From NCBI GenBank assembly GCA_015680685.1, contig MNCI01003125.1:100923-164922 (forward strand): a stretch of 64,000 bases of DNA, written 5' to 3'. Of this stretch, positions 1-11,900 are shown piece after piece (within the stretch, counting starts at the first letter, position 1; every line of letters begins with the position of its first letter). The translations under genes and the position numbers were made by a program. Origin of the DNA: Gnetum montanum (lineage: Eukaryota; Plantae; Gnetophyta). A model generated the notes under the pieces. The model was given only the letters and a program-made list of their open reading frames with translations. It was not told the DNA's origin and did no database searches.

Positions 1-1016
1 ATTTTTCCTTAGGCTTTAAATGTGAAAATTATTTGTTTTACATTGTGTCAATGCAGTCCAATGCATTGATGCATCCTTGTCAATGCATCATTGTCGATAC
101 AACATAAAAATACTATAAACACACATCAAAACTTGGAAATTTTTTACATTTGCACTCAGTCACAAGGGGAGTTTTTTTTTGTTTTAAGAGCCTAGAACCT
201 TCTAGAGCCCATAACTTCCTAACTGCTTGTCCAAATCACTTTGTTCTTTGACCTTGTAGCTATTGGATTACATTGTGGGGGCCATAAATTGATGGTGTCA
301 AATAGAAAATTTTTCAAAATTTTTCTAACTTCCACATGGTTTAACTAATAAAATAATATTAAATATCTAAAATAATCAAATTTAAACCTCATCAACAAAC
401 TCAAGTAGCTATCTTGATAAAATAATAACAAAACAATATTAAAATAATGAATTTTCCATGATCACAACTTAGCCTAAGTGTAACTAACTAAAGAGACAAG
501 GTATCAAAGTGTTATATGCTATACATAAGATGCTAATTCTTGGTTATGTTTGTGATCATAGATGATGTGGAAAAGAATACTGGAAGGAGAACCATCCCAT
601 CCATAAGAGAAGTGCCACAAGAGGGAAGGGGCTAGCAGCCACAACCACCCCAAGAAGAAGATCCTAAAACACATGTATCAAGGCCTCTACGGGAAAAGCT
701 CAAAGTGGAATTTGTCTACTAGATTCCCATAGTAGAATAGGCCAATCTAGGTGAGACTAGGTGCTAGGGTTTGGACTGAACTTGAAGGTCACCTTGATTG
801 AGGCTTGCTTAAGGAAAATTCATTTTAAGGAGGTCCAAAGCATAGTCCTCCAAGAATTTAACTTTGGTTCCTTCTTGGACTTGACACTAGAAGAGGTGAA
901 AACATAGCTGCAAGCCTCTTCCATGTGGCCTATCCTCACTTCCAATGGGGAGTGGTACATGGAAGAGACGTACCTCTATTGAGAAATAGACAAGTAGATG
1001 CCATAGTCAAGATCAA

Positions 1017-1185
1017 GGAAGGAGTTTATTCCCACTCCCAGTGCTTCCATACCTTGACATAGATGAATCAATGGCTTCTAGACCAGCTAATCCAGTTGGC
1101 TAGACTTAGGGAGCAGCAAGACACAATGTCTAACCATGATGAGACCTTCCAGGATGGACAAGAGGAGCTTGATTCTCAATCTGAC
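1017..1185 (+). pseudogene. gag: 5' gag fragment of element C (its 5' LTR and PBS are missing)
   Basis: MNQWLLDQLIQLARLREQQDTMSNH matches the reverse complement of A ~17170-17340; joins to 36301. Confidence 0.88.
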
Positions 1186-2891
1186 TGTAGCGACCGAAAA
1201 CGTCGATGGCTGGAAAACATCGAGAGATTGTCGGTCATTGACAGTCTTAACCTCGTATCTGCGCGAGGGCCATGCTAGATGAAAATAGAAATGGGGTGCC
1301 TTGAACAGCCTATTTGATCAGACAGGAACTTATTTGGTGTTAATATAACATTTCATAAATGGATAATTTGAAAATGAGACCTCTAGCATAAAATGATAAC
1401 TTTAAATGCAAGAGGTATAGAAAATAATGTAAAAATGCAATGATAAGAAAGAAAGCAAATTAAAGTGTAGTTAGGAAGATGCACCACCTCAAGATTATGA
1501 CTTCACTTTGTCAAAGGTGGATACAATTGGTTGCACGATGCTGGGAGGCGCAGAGATTGCAAAGGTAACCAAGACGTCCATAACAAGAAAACTGTATGCT
1601 TGAACAAGGACTTAGGAGTCAACAATGTACAATGCTATGAGGATAGCAGGAAAGAGCAGAACAGAATGCCAAAATGAGAGTGAGAACTATTTGTAGTATC
1701 AAACAAGATTACAATGCTCAAGAATGCAATGCTAACTTTTGCTTTCCAGTTGATTAGATCACCAACCAGCCGATAGACCGACCTGCTACTTGTGTTTTTG
1801 CCAAAAAAGACCCAGAACCAAACCCTTTGAGTGTTGCTCATTGGGGTATTTATAGGGCAAAGGGCATGTGAAAGGTGTAGTTTGGACGCCATGTGCCTTG
1901 GGCCCGTGTTGACTTGTCTGCATTGCATGGGCGTGCATGACCATTGGAGATGCATAACCATTGTAATTACGAGCCTGCCATGCCATAATTGTGAGCCTGC
2001 CATGCTGTAAGTGTGAGCCTGCTGTGCCATAATTGTGCCATCAGAGTTTGGAGATGTGTGCCAATGGTGCAATTAGGTGAAGTGCATTGATGTGGTGTAA
2101 TTGCTTGCTACTCTATGCTATGCTTTGTAGTGTAGCATGTTGGCGTAGCGTAGCATCTTGTTATGCGTCTTGCTACATGTGTTGGAAGCCTTTGAAGTGC
2201 ACTAAATATTTATTGCATATTTTCTATGCTATTCTACACTACATAGCGTAGCATAATGTAGTGACTGGCCTTAGTCACAAAACCATTTCCAATTTGCAAA
2301 CTTTACCTTTTGCACTACGAAACTTGCGAACTTGTTGATCTCGCCCTTTGAGATGCCCTCTGTCACTTTCATAGAATTGCTATGCCTCGCTCTACCATGT
2401 AGCTCAGCGTAGCATAGTAGCCAACATGGACTACTTTTTGCCAAGTTCGCTACTTTCTAACAGAAGGAGACATTGCTGAAGGACTTGAAGTTGGGCGAGG
2501 GGATTGACCGTCTAGCTTTTGCTATGCTATGCTACACTGCATAGCATAGCACTTTTGCTTTTGCAAACATCTTCTGAAGTCTACTATGCTACATAGCATA
2601 GCGTAGCATAGCAAAATGTCTTAACTTAGAAAACTTGTTGAAGTGTTTTGCACATTCTGAGCACCACCAACAATTCCAAACATCGCTCCTAAGTGCACAG
2701 TCGGCTAGGCGAACGGCTCAAGTGGGCAGGCTAGAGAATCCATTTAGCCTGTTAGCACCTGGGGTAGAAAGCTTGCCAAACTAGATAGTTTGATCATTAG
2801 AGCATCCATCTCCTAAAGAATTTCCATGATGCTGCACGAATTGCAAAGACCTGGTGAAGCAAGGATGCCTTGAAAATTTTGGGGTGTTTCA
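1186..2891 (-). repeat. 3' LTR of element A (~1.7 kb)
   Basis: Starts tgtagcgacc, ends tgtttca next to the PPT; colinear with 18013-18344 + 34937-36295 and with the reverse complement of 50324-51809; TATA (ctataaatacccc on -) at ~1843-1855. Confidence 0.95.
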
Positions 2892-2904
2892 TTGGCCCCT
2901 CTTT
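2892..2904 (-). other. Polypurine tract of A (AAAGAGGGGCCAA)
   Basis: Abuts the TG start of the 3' LTR; equivalent tracts at 20272-20284 (B) and 50311-50323 (C). Confidence 0.9.
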
Positions 2905-3450
2905 GTTGACATTTGGAGGATGGGCTTGAGAGATGTTGACAAAGAATACGAAATACCATGGAAGACAAAACACTAACATTGTTATTCAGTGATTGTCAAG
3001 ATGTTTCTTAGTTGTGCTTGAGAGTGTTGCATTGGTTTTTTGCGGGGGGAAAGGACGAAGCAGGGAGAAAGGAGGTTTAGGAAAAGGATAAAGATGAGGC
3101 TTAGTAGAGTCCCTCGTTGGAGGGCTCATGAGGGAGTCATTTGCGTTTTCATCTTTACTTTCACTGACCTTTGACCTCTTCATTGAAACGTTTGAGGAGG
3201 GTGATTGTGAAATGGCTTATGCTCTCTTATGCTTTGATCCTTTGCTGTTTTGCCATTTACATTTGTAAATAACTTAGCTACAAGATAGGTGTTTCTTTTC
3301 CTAGATGAGTTGTGTTACATCTGCATGGGGGTTTAACCTACCTACAGGTGCTTCCCATGCAGCGAGCTATGTTACGCACGTCATGGGCTTTGCGGTTGAG
3401 GAAATAGGAGGGCTTAATAGGTATTGGGAAAAGCTTGTAAAAGAGGGGAG

Positions 3451-4170
3451 CTAGTGGGAATTGCTAGTGCGAGAAGCAAGGTAAAGGGAAGGAGCATAGA
3501 CAGTAGGGTAGGATGTGCACTCTAAGGTAGCCAAGCTAGTCCAGACAACCACTTCGCAATGCTGTAGCATTTGTTGCTGTGGCGAGACGCACCTTCGACC
3601 GCACCTTGCAAGCACGGTAGAGGGAAAACCAAAAGAAATAGCCACGATGAAAAATGAGGGAAAAGGTCTTGCTTGCTGTAGATGTTGTTGAAGCTCTTGG
3701 ACACCTTTGTTGGAGTATGGTGTCCAAAATAGGAAGGCTAGCAGTGGCCTCAGTAGCATCAGCGTGGAGGAGTTGGCATCGAAGGAGCTGGGAGTTGCTG
3801 TGAGTGTGGATGCTCTAGAATCCCTACCAAAGGCATGCATTCTTAGTTTAGCTATGGGATCAGCTACCACATAGCTAAATGTCGCTTGAGCCTAGACATT
3901 GGCAGGGACTTGGAGGGTAACAATATTATGGTTGGGCCACAATACTCTAGGAACTCCAGTGGCAGGCACTGACCAAGGAACTACCATCAGGGTGATGGGC
4001 CATGGTGATGGTAGGTCCAGGGGATCAGTGAGACATCATACGACATCTTTGAGGGATTAGCGAGATGCCAGGGGCAGCATTGTTGCGTATGTTCTAGAAT
4101 GTGTTCTCAAAGCATTGTGAATCATGTCCTAGAATTACAACGTCCTGCCCCACATCGGCATTGTGCGCAC
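3451..4170 (-). pseudogene. Possible extra sense ORF between INT and PPT (unknown product)
   Basis: Peptide LWPNHNI.TLQ...YV.A.PI..L.MH..GRDS.AS is conserved in A (3451-3870), B (20757-21059) and C (49353-49550); sampled A/B differences fall mostly at third codon positions. Confidence 0.4.
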
Positions 4171-4224
4171 TCGCTTGATGGTGTGCTTGGTGCAGATGTA
4201 TGCTGGGGATGTGCTGCGAACCCA

Positions 4225-4650
4225 ATTTAAGGTCATGATAGACCATGTGCTGGTTTAAGGTCCCAGTGGACCACTATGCTAGTTTAAGATCCCAACAGAC
4301 CATATGTGCCATTTTAACGTCATAGCGGATGTGCTGTGCTAGTTTTATGTCATAGCGGATGAGCTGTGCTAGTTTTACATCATAGCAGACGAGCTATGCC
4401 AATTTTATGTCATAGCAGATGATTGTCAACTTTGCCAATTTTACATCATAGCAGATAAGCTGTGCCAATTTTACGTCATAGAAAATGAGCTGTGCTAGTT
4501 TTATGTCATAGTAAATGATTGCTAACTTTGCTAGTTTTACATCATAGTGGACGAGCTGTGCCAGTTTTACGTCATAGTGGACGAGCTGTGCCAGTTTTAC
4601 ATCATAGCGGATGATTGTCAACTTTGCCAGTTTTATGTCGTAGTGGACGA
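4225..4650 (-). repeat. Post-integrase tandem array (28/30/42-bp units, core TAAAACT(A/G)GC)
   Basis: Repeated gctagttttatgtcatagcggatgagctgt units; shorter homologous arrays at ~21290-21420 and ~48740-49005. Confidence 0.9.
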
Positions 4651-4669
4651 TACTTACCATGTTCATGCT

Positions 4670-7600
4670 TCACATGTAGTACGGCTTGAGGTACAAGTGA
4701 TTCATCAGGTTTGTGAACTCGTTGCCATCCATGCCCGCTAGCTTGAAGGCTCCATTTCCAAAGGCTTTAGTGACCATGTATGGACCTTTCCAGTTGGCTG
4801 AGAATTTGCTCACATGCTTACGGATGACCTTGAGGATGAGGTCTCCCTTCTGTACTAGCCTTTGATGTAGGTTTGCATGATGTTTGTGTTGTTGCTTGTG
4901 TTGGTAGTGCTCTATGTGGCTCAATATTTGTGTGCACTCCTCCTCTATTAAGTCAAGGTCAATAATTCTCAACTTGTTGTTCTAGGCTTCGCTCATGACA
5001 TTAGATAGGATCATCTGGACTGACGGTACTTGCAACTCAAGAGGCAACATAGCTTCAGATCCATAAACAAGACTATAAGGGGTCTTACTTGTCATGGTCC
5101 TACATGTCGTTCTATAGGCCCATAGAACATAGAGGATTTGCTTGTGCCACCACCTCTTATTATTGCTAAGCATCTGCTTCAGCAAGTTGATGATGGACTT
5201 ATTTGTAGCCTGCACCTATCTGTTCATCTACAGGTAATACGGGGAGGAGAATGATTGCCTAATTCCAGGATTGCTACTGAAGGTTTAGGTTTTCGTACTA
5301 CTGAATTGTGGTCCATTGTCGGTTACGATAGTTATTGGAAGCCTAAACCTTGTCACAATGTTGTCTAGAATAAAATGGCAAACCTGCTGAGATGTTGTCT
5401 TCCTCAGGGGGATAGCTTCCACCCACTTAGTAAAATACTTAGTGGCAGTGATAATGAAGCTATGCCCTATAGAGGACTTATGTGTGATAGGTCCTATGAG
5501 GTCTAGTTCCCATTATTGGAAAGGCCACGTGATTTGCAATGTGTGCAGGTCCATAGGTGAGACGTGTACGAGATTTGCATATCTCTGGCATGTGTCACAT
5601 GTCTTGAATTTTGGCAAGTATTCAGGCTCCATATGGAGCCATTAGTACCCTAGGCATCTAATTTTCATAGCCATAGCTCTAGGTGTTATGTGTCCACCAC
5701 ACAGCCCCTCATGTACTTCATTAATCACCTTCCATGCCTACTCCTTACCCATGCATGCTAGTAATATCCCATCATAAGAATGTCTACACAGGGAATCATT
5801 TCCCATGAGCGTATATTGCTAGGCATGCTTGCGGATTGCATCTCTTTGGGAAGATGTCAGTCTGCTTAGGGGTTCTCCATGTTGTAGGTAGGCTTTAATG
5901 TTGGCGTACCACTCCTGGGTATTCGTAGTGCTGATAGAGGTCACGTGTCCTACCTGAGTGATGGGCTCAGTACATTCAACAATCGAAGTTGATAGACTTG
6001 CAAACGAGTATGGTAGATATTTAGTGCTAGGGTGGCTAAGGTGTCTACCATGGTGTTCTCGTTGCATGGCACATGTTACACATCTATAGTTGTGAATTGC
6101 TTAAGCAAGCTTTTTGCTAGATCGTAGTAGGATTGTAGGTGTGTAGCTTTACAAGCATACACCTTGGTGACTTGATTCACAAATATTTGTGAATCCCCAC
6201 GAATTGCTAGGTGTTGTATGCATAGTGTTTGGGCAGCTAAGAGGACTCTAAGTAGCCCCTCATACTTTGCCACATTGTTGGTGCAGGGGAATGCAAAACA
6301 ATAAGCAAATGGGTGCATTTCCCTAGAGGGGAACATAATGACGGCAACTGCACTACCTCCTTGTGTGGTTGAGATGCCATCGAAGTGTAAAGTAGCTTCG
6401 AGGTATGATGGGATGCATTGATAGTACCAACATGCTCGTCTAGGAATTTGGAATCTATGGTTGCCTAGTCATTGATGGGTGAGGCTGTAAGTTGGGTTGC
6501 TATGGCTTGACCCTTTGTTGATGATTGGCTCACATAGTGTAAGTCGAACTTTGTGGTTATTGCTTTCCATTGGGCTATCCGACTACTTTCATACAAGTTG
6601 TTAGTAATAGCCCAGAGTATGTTTCTTTTGCAAATGATGTTAATTGTACTGTGAAACAGGTAGTGCCTCCACTTTTTTAATGCAAATACTAAGGCAAGAC
6701 AATTCCTCTCCACCTCATTGTATTTTGCCTCATGCACTATTAATGCATGACTCAGATAATACACTAGTATCTCATATTCGTCATCTTGTTTCTAACATAA
6801 CAGTGCTTCTATAGATGCGTTGGAGGTGGTAAGGTAAATAAAGAAAGGCTTATCCCTTTGTGGTGGATGCATAGTTGGGAGGTGAAAAAGCTCATTCTTT
6901 AGGTTGTTGAAGGCCTATTGACATTGGATTGTCCATTCGAAGTTAACCCCTTTCTTTAGAAGATGTTGCATGGGGTGTAACTTGTCAGTGAACTTTGCTA
7001 TAAACCTTTGAATGAACTGTACCCTACCTAGCAACCCATGTAACTCTTTAAGGTTTGTAGGAGGTACCAGGTAGATGATGGCCTTAACTTTGTCAGGGTC
7101 CACTTGATACTACGAACCCTAACATGCATCTGGTCTTCAAACCGAAGACACACTTCTTAGGATTAAGGCATAAATCATGCATTTGAAAACACTTAAGAAC
7201 TACCCCTAGATCACGTGGGTGATCAGCTACCTCCTTGGACTTGACCACTATATCATCCACGTAGTCGTTTAGCATTTCTAGGATGTAGTTGCTGAAGATG
7301 TAAGTCATGGCTTGCTGGTAGGTTGCTTCGACGTTCTTGAGCCCAAAAGGCATCATGGTGTAACAAAAGGTACCCCATGAGGTCATAAAGGTTGTTGTTA
7401 GCTAATGCTATGGGTTGATGTAAAGTTGGTTGTAGCCAGAGAAACCATCCATGAAGGATAATAGAACATGACCAGCCATAGTGTCAATGAGTTGATTGAT
7501 GCTTGGTAGTGGGAAATTGTCTTTGATTGTTGCCTTGTTCAGATCCCGTAAGTCCATATAGATTCGTATCCCTCCCATTTTTTTAGAAACTACAACAATG

Positions 7601-8133
7601 TTGGACACCCATTCCGAGTAATCAACTACATGATGAAATCAGCTTGATATAACTTAGTGATTTCATCTCTTACAGCTAGTGCAATTTCTGGTTTAACCTT
7701 ATGAGCTTTCTGCTTGACTGCCTTTGTGCGCAGGTCTAGGACAATGTTGTGCTGTATCAGCCACAGATCTAGACCCAGCATGTCCTTGTATAACCATGTA
7801 AAGACTTTGATGTTATCTTGCAGAATCTTGGCTACATTTTCATGTGTCTACACATCTAGGAGGGAGCTAAGTTTTAACTTTCTTTTTCCCCTTGGATGTG
7901 GTAACAAGCATCTCGACAAGAGGATCCTCAGTTACATCCCTAGCCTCTAAATCTAGGATTCGGACTAGATGTTCAGGCTAGTCTAGGGATGTTTTTAAGG
8001 ATGCTATGGTGTTAGTTGTGGTTGGCCCCTAGTCGATTAGATCTGGGTTCAATTGTCTTGCGAGCTTGCCATGTGGACCTGCTAAAGCTAAAGGCGTGGA
8101 GAGATCATGATGGATTTCTATCTTTTGCTCAAC
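4670..8133 (-). pseudogene. pol: pol of A: RT, RNase H, second (archaeal-type) RNase H, integrase; many stops and frameshifts
   Basis: DLNKA..KDNFPLP, LSFMDGFSGYNQ, MPFGLKN, YVDD, LNPKKCVFG; E..CLALVFALKKWRHY; TNNVA.YEGL..GDSQ..VNQ; LWAYRTT...TPYSLVYGSEA.LPLE; KFSANWKGPY. Confidence 0.95.
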
Positions 8134-8745
8134 CTATCAAAATGAGATGAAAGCCTAGTTAAGAGGCACATGTTGGTAGTAATTATGTGTAACAAAAACT
8201 TGCAAAGCAATGACAAGAGGTAACTAGCGAAGTATGATGTAAAGATTAAAATTTTTCCAGTTTAAAGTCATGGCAGATTGTTGTGGCATGGAGATGTAGA
8301 GATGCTAAAACAAGGAATGTAAAATTGTCGATGTGAGAAAGTGAAACTCCTAAAAAATGCAAAACTGTCAACGTAAAAATGTGAAACTGCTAGTTTAGCA
8401 TCATTGCGGACTGTGAACGCGTAACAGATCAAAATTGCTAGTTTAAAGTCTTTTTGGACCATTAACTAAAGTGTAACACTATGCTAAAAATGCTAGTTTA
8501 TGGTCTTTTTGGACTGTGAAAGTTACAACTACGTTGGGATTACTAGTTTAAGGTCTTTTCAGACCCATAACTAACAAAAAACATTTTTTTTCATTATTTG
8601 GGAAAGAAAAAAGTTAGCTTGAAGTGTGCCAAGGTTTTAATGCCAAGAGTGCTCTGAGGTTATGGAGAGCATGCTACGCTACATGACGCACTCCACATTA
8701 AACAAAGAGAGAGAGTGGCAAGTTTTCCCTTTTCATCATTACAGT

Positions 8746-8768
8746 CATAAATAGGGATTAAACCCTGG
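8746..8768 (+). promoter_or_regulatory. TATA box plus telo-box-like motif upstream of the antisense gene
   Basis: cataaatagggattaaaccctgg in A; TATAAATAGGGATTAAACCCTAG in C (44892-44914, -); ~150 bp upstream of ATG ATG (G/C)CT CCA AAG. Confidence 0.6.
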
Positions 8769-8903
8769 TAAGCTTGTCATTCTAACTGTAAGAGCGCAAA
8801 GCCCATATTTGGAGCACAAAGTGATTTCAGAGTGTAAAGAAAGTGTGCTAACAATGAGCAAGGCAATTTTTTGCATAGCGACTAGGAAAAGCCTACAAAC
8901 AGG

Positions 8904-11900
8904 ATGATGGCTCCAAAGAAGGAATGCACTCACTTGGAACTCGCAAAGGTCGAGGAGGTAAAGAAAACCCTAGGGTGTGTGACACAAGCATGTGTGATGG
9001 TGCGGAAGGACACACTATTGACTCAGTAGGCTGCTATGCTTCCTTTGCTTCCTCATGATTCTATTATCATTTTTGTTTTCTACTTTCATTTTGTGATTCA
9101 GTTTTAGTTATTCATGTTTTCTATCATCGTGTTGTCATTGTTTTGGCCTTTGCACCATCGTTGTTGCCGTTTTGGCCATGGTGGATGCATAGACACTACA
9201 CTGACATTGCATGCAAGGTCACCTAAACTGCCACTGCTATGGTTGTCATAACTATGGGGGTTTGGATAGTTTAGGTTACTTGGCTTTTGAATGACGTAGC
9301 GTAGGACCCTCAAGAGGGTTTGGCCATGTGTGATGTGATAGTGCGACACGTGTTTTGTTAGGGCATATTGTTAATCGCCCTGTTAGAATTAATCGCTCTG
9401 TTGCTATGGTAGGCTATTTTTCATGTTCTTGCTATGTTACGTGTGGGAAGAGGGTTATGCTACGCTATATGCATGAAATGCTAGGTATTGCTATGTTGCG
9501 TATGCATTGCACTTGGACATGATGCTAACACTTGCTAGTTGTGTCAAACAAGATGGGGCTAAGGCCAATTCTAATTATCTTAGAAATTGTAGGGGTCCTG
9601 TGTTACGTAGGAAAACCTATAGCCAATGTTCCTCCTCCCAATATACGTGTGGGGGAGCAGGGGGTTTGGTTCAGGAAAGGAGCATAGGAGTTCCTACAAT
9701 ACCTCCTCCAACACTTCAATGTGATCGTTTGGTCATACCTAGAGGAGGAAGAGGCAGCTATCATAACAGAAGCCCTCTTTCCTGGGGCAAGCTAGGGCAT
9801 CCTGAGGTTTTTGACGGATGGAGCAATCTTTAGCAGGCAAGGAGAAGGATCCAGTCAATGCCCCATAGAGTTAAGGCATTTGGCCTGGATCTAGGATATG
9901 CCTAAGTATAGTTGCTACCATCCTTACAACATATTATTTGTTGCACATTATATGGCAACGTGCTTCCAAAACCCACCAAGGACTGTCTACTTTGTTGGCG
10001 GGTGAGTTTTGTAGTCCTGTTCCACTGTATTGTGTGATGCTTGCTATATTAGCCAAACACTAACAGTATATTTTTGTTACTAGGTTCTACATCAACAAGG
10101 ATAATATGGATATCCCAACAGGAGTTCTTTTCTATTGAGAACCTCTGTGCAGGTGTGATCGGTCAATGCGGGGGTGAATACCACACCTACCTAGATCTAT
10201 ACCCCATTCCCTACAATAGGTGCAAGGAGCGTGGTTGGTTGGATGAGGGATGGACACCCTTCAAACTGATCACTGTTGAACAATTTCTAGTTAGTCTCCC
10301 ATGGTTCCCATTGCTGTAAAGACCTGGTAAGCTAAATAGTAAGTGTATGCATGCTTAAGTGTCTTTGCAATCTTTGGATTTTCTATGTTTTTATGCTAAA
10401 TGTTTCTTGTGAAAATTTCTGCAAGGGCGAAAAAAGCCCTGGAGGTGATGGTGGTAACCGCCGAGACACAGGAGGCAAACATCTACTTCAACTACAAAGA
10501 AGTAGATGCAAGCCAATGTTGGATAAATGATGTGGCTTTAGACTCCTTGGTCCAGAATATCCAAAAGGCTAGGCTTATGGATCTATTCTTGGCCCCAAAT
10601 ACAAGCGTTCCTACCATCGAGATGCTCTCCCTGGTCAACTCCTTTTCCGACAAGGCAGGCCACTTCCACATGCACATATAGGGCTTACGGGTGGTCATTG
10701 AAATCAATGACCAACTATTCATAGATATTTTCGATGTCCCTATTGATGGCATCCTCATAGGATCAAAGTCCAAGAAGGAGCTAACCCTTCAGAAGAAGGA
10801 CATCTAGGAGTGATTAGGGATTAACAAGGAGTAGAAGGGGCTCCCCATGAAGAAGCTTAAAGCAGGACCTGCCAGGGAGGTTTACCCTATCTTCTGTGCT
10901 CACACATTTTCCTAGTTGCTTTCCCAAGGGAAGTTCCTAGGGATTGAGCAGGCTTGGATAATGCATGAGGTCATGGAGGAAGGGGCCCACTACAACTGGG
11001 TTAATTTTTTGTGTAAAGGCTTGCAAGCTGAAATTTTGGGGCTTCATAAGAAATTGGAGTCTTGTTCCAATATACATTATGCCTTTTACATAGCTTGTCT
11101 GAAGCATTTCATAGAGTTTCTGGTAGTTCATGAGAATGGAACCTGGGTCATGCAAAATCGTGACCAGATTTTTAGACCGTGGATCTGCTAGATCCTCCAG
11201 ACCACTTGAGCCCAAGACCCCCCATAAATAATTAGGGAGTCATTCTCCGTGATGAATAAGGATTGAGTGGTTCACAACTTTTATGGCCAAGATAGCATAG
11301 GAGAGATGTCCCTCGTTGTAGCCAGTAGCGTATCATGGGGGGAACATCTCATAGCCGAGATTGTAGTTAGAAAGTTGCAGTGGAAGAGGCCTCTTCTAGC
11401 TAAGGAAACCCTTCACATGGAGGAAGAGGAGGGGTGGAGACTACAACTTAAATTGCAGAGGATGCAACCCCCCATTGGTAAATTCTTTTGTTCATGTTTA
11501 TTCCTTGGCTTACTTTGTTAATGCCTACTACGCTGTGCTACGCTAGACTGTGTAGCATAGCATAGCACCTACTTTAAGCTAACCTATTTTGAGCTAATGA
11601 AAACATGATTCTTGGCTGACAAAAGAAGAAGAGGAAGATGAAGAAGGTGATGAAGAGGTGTTGGCCCCTAAGATGGGGGTAATGAATAAATACACTGAGG
11701 CCCTACGTCACGGAAGAAAGGGCCTCGGTAAAGAAGAAAGAAGCTCCTGTCGCTAAGGTAGGGGCTCTCATCATTAGGTAGAATCCTCCTACTAATGAGG
11801 AGGGAATTTTTGAGGATGAAGAGGAGTCTCCCTTGAATAAAAAAGATGTTGGTCTCTCAAAAGGAAAGGCACCAGTGCATGAAGAAGAGGCTTGTACAGA

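Noticed and set aside
1-1016. AT-rich sequence and a purine-rich coding-like stretch at ~560-1016
   Set aside because: Multiple stops, no recognisable motif, not homologous to the family LTR; left unannotated
1635-2072. ORFs inside LTRs (also 18488-19168, 33511-33804, 51351-51709)
   Set aside because: Recur only because LTRs are repeated; no recognisable domain
9507-9833. ORF-track proteins MHLDMMLTLA.. (also 43857-44135) as the cargo product
   Set aside because: Alternative frame; the frame conserved with B, D and E is RPILIILEI..
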